Assembly: GCA_021814565.1 (NCBI GenBank)
Contig: JAKAIC010000014.1
Span: 7,286 to 31,285 of the forward strand
Direction: 5' to 3'
Length of the DNA stretch: 24,000 nucleotides
Origin: Actinomycetes bacterium
GTDB lineage: Bacteria > Actinomycetota > Actinomycetes > S36-B12 > UBA5976
Part shown: piece after piece, positions 23,557 through 24,000 of the stretch
Position numbering within the stretch: the first letter of the stretch is position 1
Layout: every line of letters starts with the position of its first letter
Position numbers and translations under genes: made by a program
Notes under the pieces: model-generated
The model's database searches: none
What the model saw: only the letters and a program-made list of their open reading frames with translations
Told to the model about the DNA's origin: nothing

Positions 23557-24000
23557 TCATACTCCTTTGGTGTGTAGGTAACGGCGTGCCTCGCGAACAC
23601 GCAGGTCGAATGCCGCCGATTGCGTGATCACGCCATCGATGGGCAGGTTGGCGATACCGCGCGCGCTGTAGGTGGCCCGCCAGGTGCAGGTGACGCGAAC
23701 CCGGAACAGTCCGCGCTTGGGATAGAGGTGTCGCACTCGGCCCGAGGGGTACCAGCCTCCAGGGTCGACGGTGCTGAACAAGGGCCCCTGCCCGAAGTCC
23801 CAGGTCCAGTTGGGCTGGGCAAAGACCGTGACCTCGACCCCGGCGACCGATGCAGGCGCGGCTACGAAGTGCGCAGGCTGACCAGCACGGAAGAAGGTGG
23901 GAAGGCCGGTGAGGGTGCTGCCACGGGGCTGACTGGACGGCGCTAGGACTGGCACGGTGCGCCATGCCAGGTCGTGGATGCCGGCGCTGATGGATGCCAT
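23557..24000 (-). CDS. Hypothetical protein with a PKD-like beta-sandwich signature (C-terminal 147 codons; N-terminus beyond the window)
   Basis: The frame is open to the window end and the amino-acid composition is balanced, unlike the Arg/Pro/His-rich overlapping frame 23480..23965. VTVFAQPNWTWDFGQGPLF...RHLYPKRGLFRVRVTCTW follows the PKD pattern WxFGxG...HxYxxxGxFxVxV. Translationally coupled to the DUF4192 gene. Confidence 0.5.
   Translation of the reverse strand: MASISAGIHDLAWRTVPVLAPSSQPRGSTLTGLPTFFRAGQPAHFVAAPASVAGVEVTVFAQPNWTWDFGQGPLFSTVDPGGWYPSGRVRHLYPKRGLFRVRVTCTWRATYSARGIANLPIDGVITQSAAFDLRVREARRYLHTKGV

Overview
High-GC actinobacterial chromosomal core segment (GC not computed). 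It is almost entirely coding, with 25 CDS called. I saw no rRNA, tRNA, CRISPR array, IS or integrase signature. Gene order: qcrB (partial)-qcrA-qcrC-ctaE on the minus strand; CtaG-like oxidase assembly factor, atypical stand-alone receiver and trpD on the plus strand; a DnaQ-exonuclease/GIY-YIG (Cho/UvrC-like) fusion (minus); a small 4-Cys protein and a RipC-like NlpC/P60 endopeptidase (plus); a FadD15-like acyl-CoA ligase (minus); ROK glucokinase (plus); alpha/beta hydrolase (minus); PlsC acyltransferase (plus); PPi-type phosphofructokinase (minus); class II DAHP synthase plus Ogt (plus); a PASTA Ser/Thr kinase and thiG-thiS-thiO (minus); thiE (plus); then a VOC protein, a DUF4192 protein and a partial PKD-like protein (minus). 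From memory, this order parallels the M. tuberculosis Rv2196-Rv2176 region and the Streptomyces glkA/pfk/aroH/thi neighbourhood, so it is conserved housekeeping synteny and not an accessory island. I found no convincing novel multi-gene system. The best candidate for under-described biology is the divergent promoter at 7950-8042. It carries two RecA-NDp/PafBC-type motifs (TGTCR-N-TAnnnT), one driving the exonuclease/Cho-like fusion as a leaderless mRNA and one driving the uncharacterised 70-aa 4-Cys protein. Other observations: many first genes have TAnnnT 6-7 nt upstream of the start codon (leaderless); the receiver between the respiratory genes and trpD is degenerate; two convergent gene pairs share a CTAG as overlapping stop codons; short direct repeats sit in two divergent promoters; the thiE/thiOSG divergon has no recognisable THI-box; and a PKD-like/DUF4192 pair appears translationally coupled and is followed by a strong hairpin. 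Most long ORFs in the track that overlap these genes are high-GC antisense artefacts.
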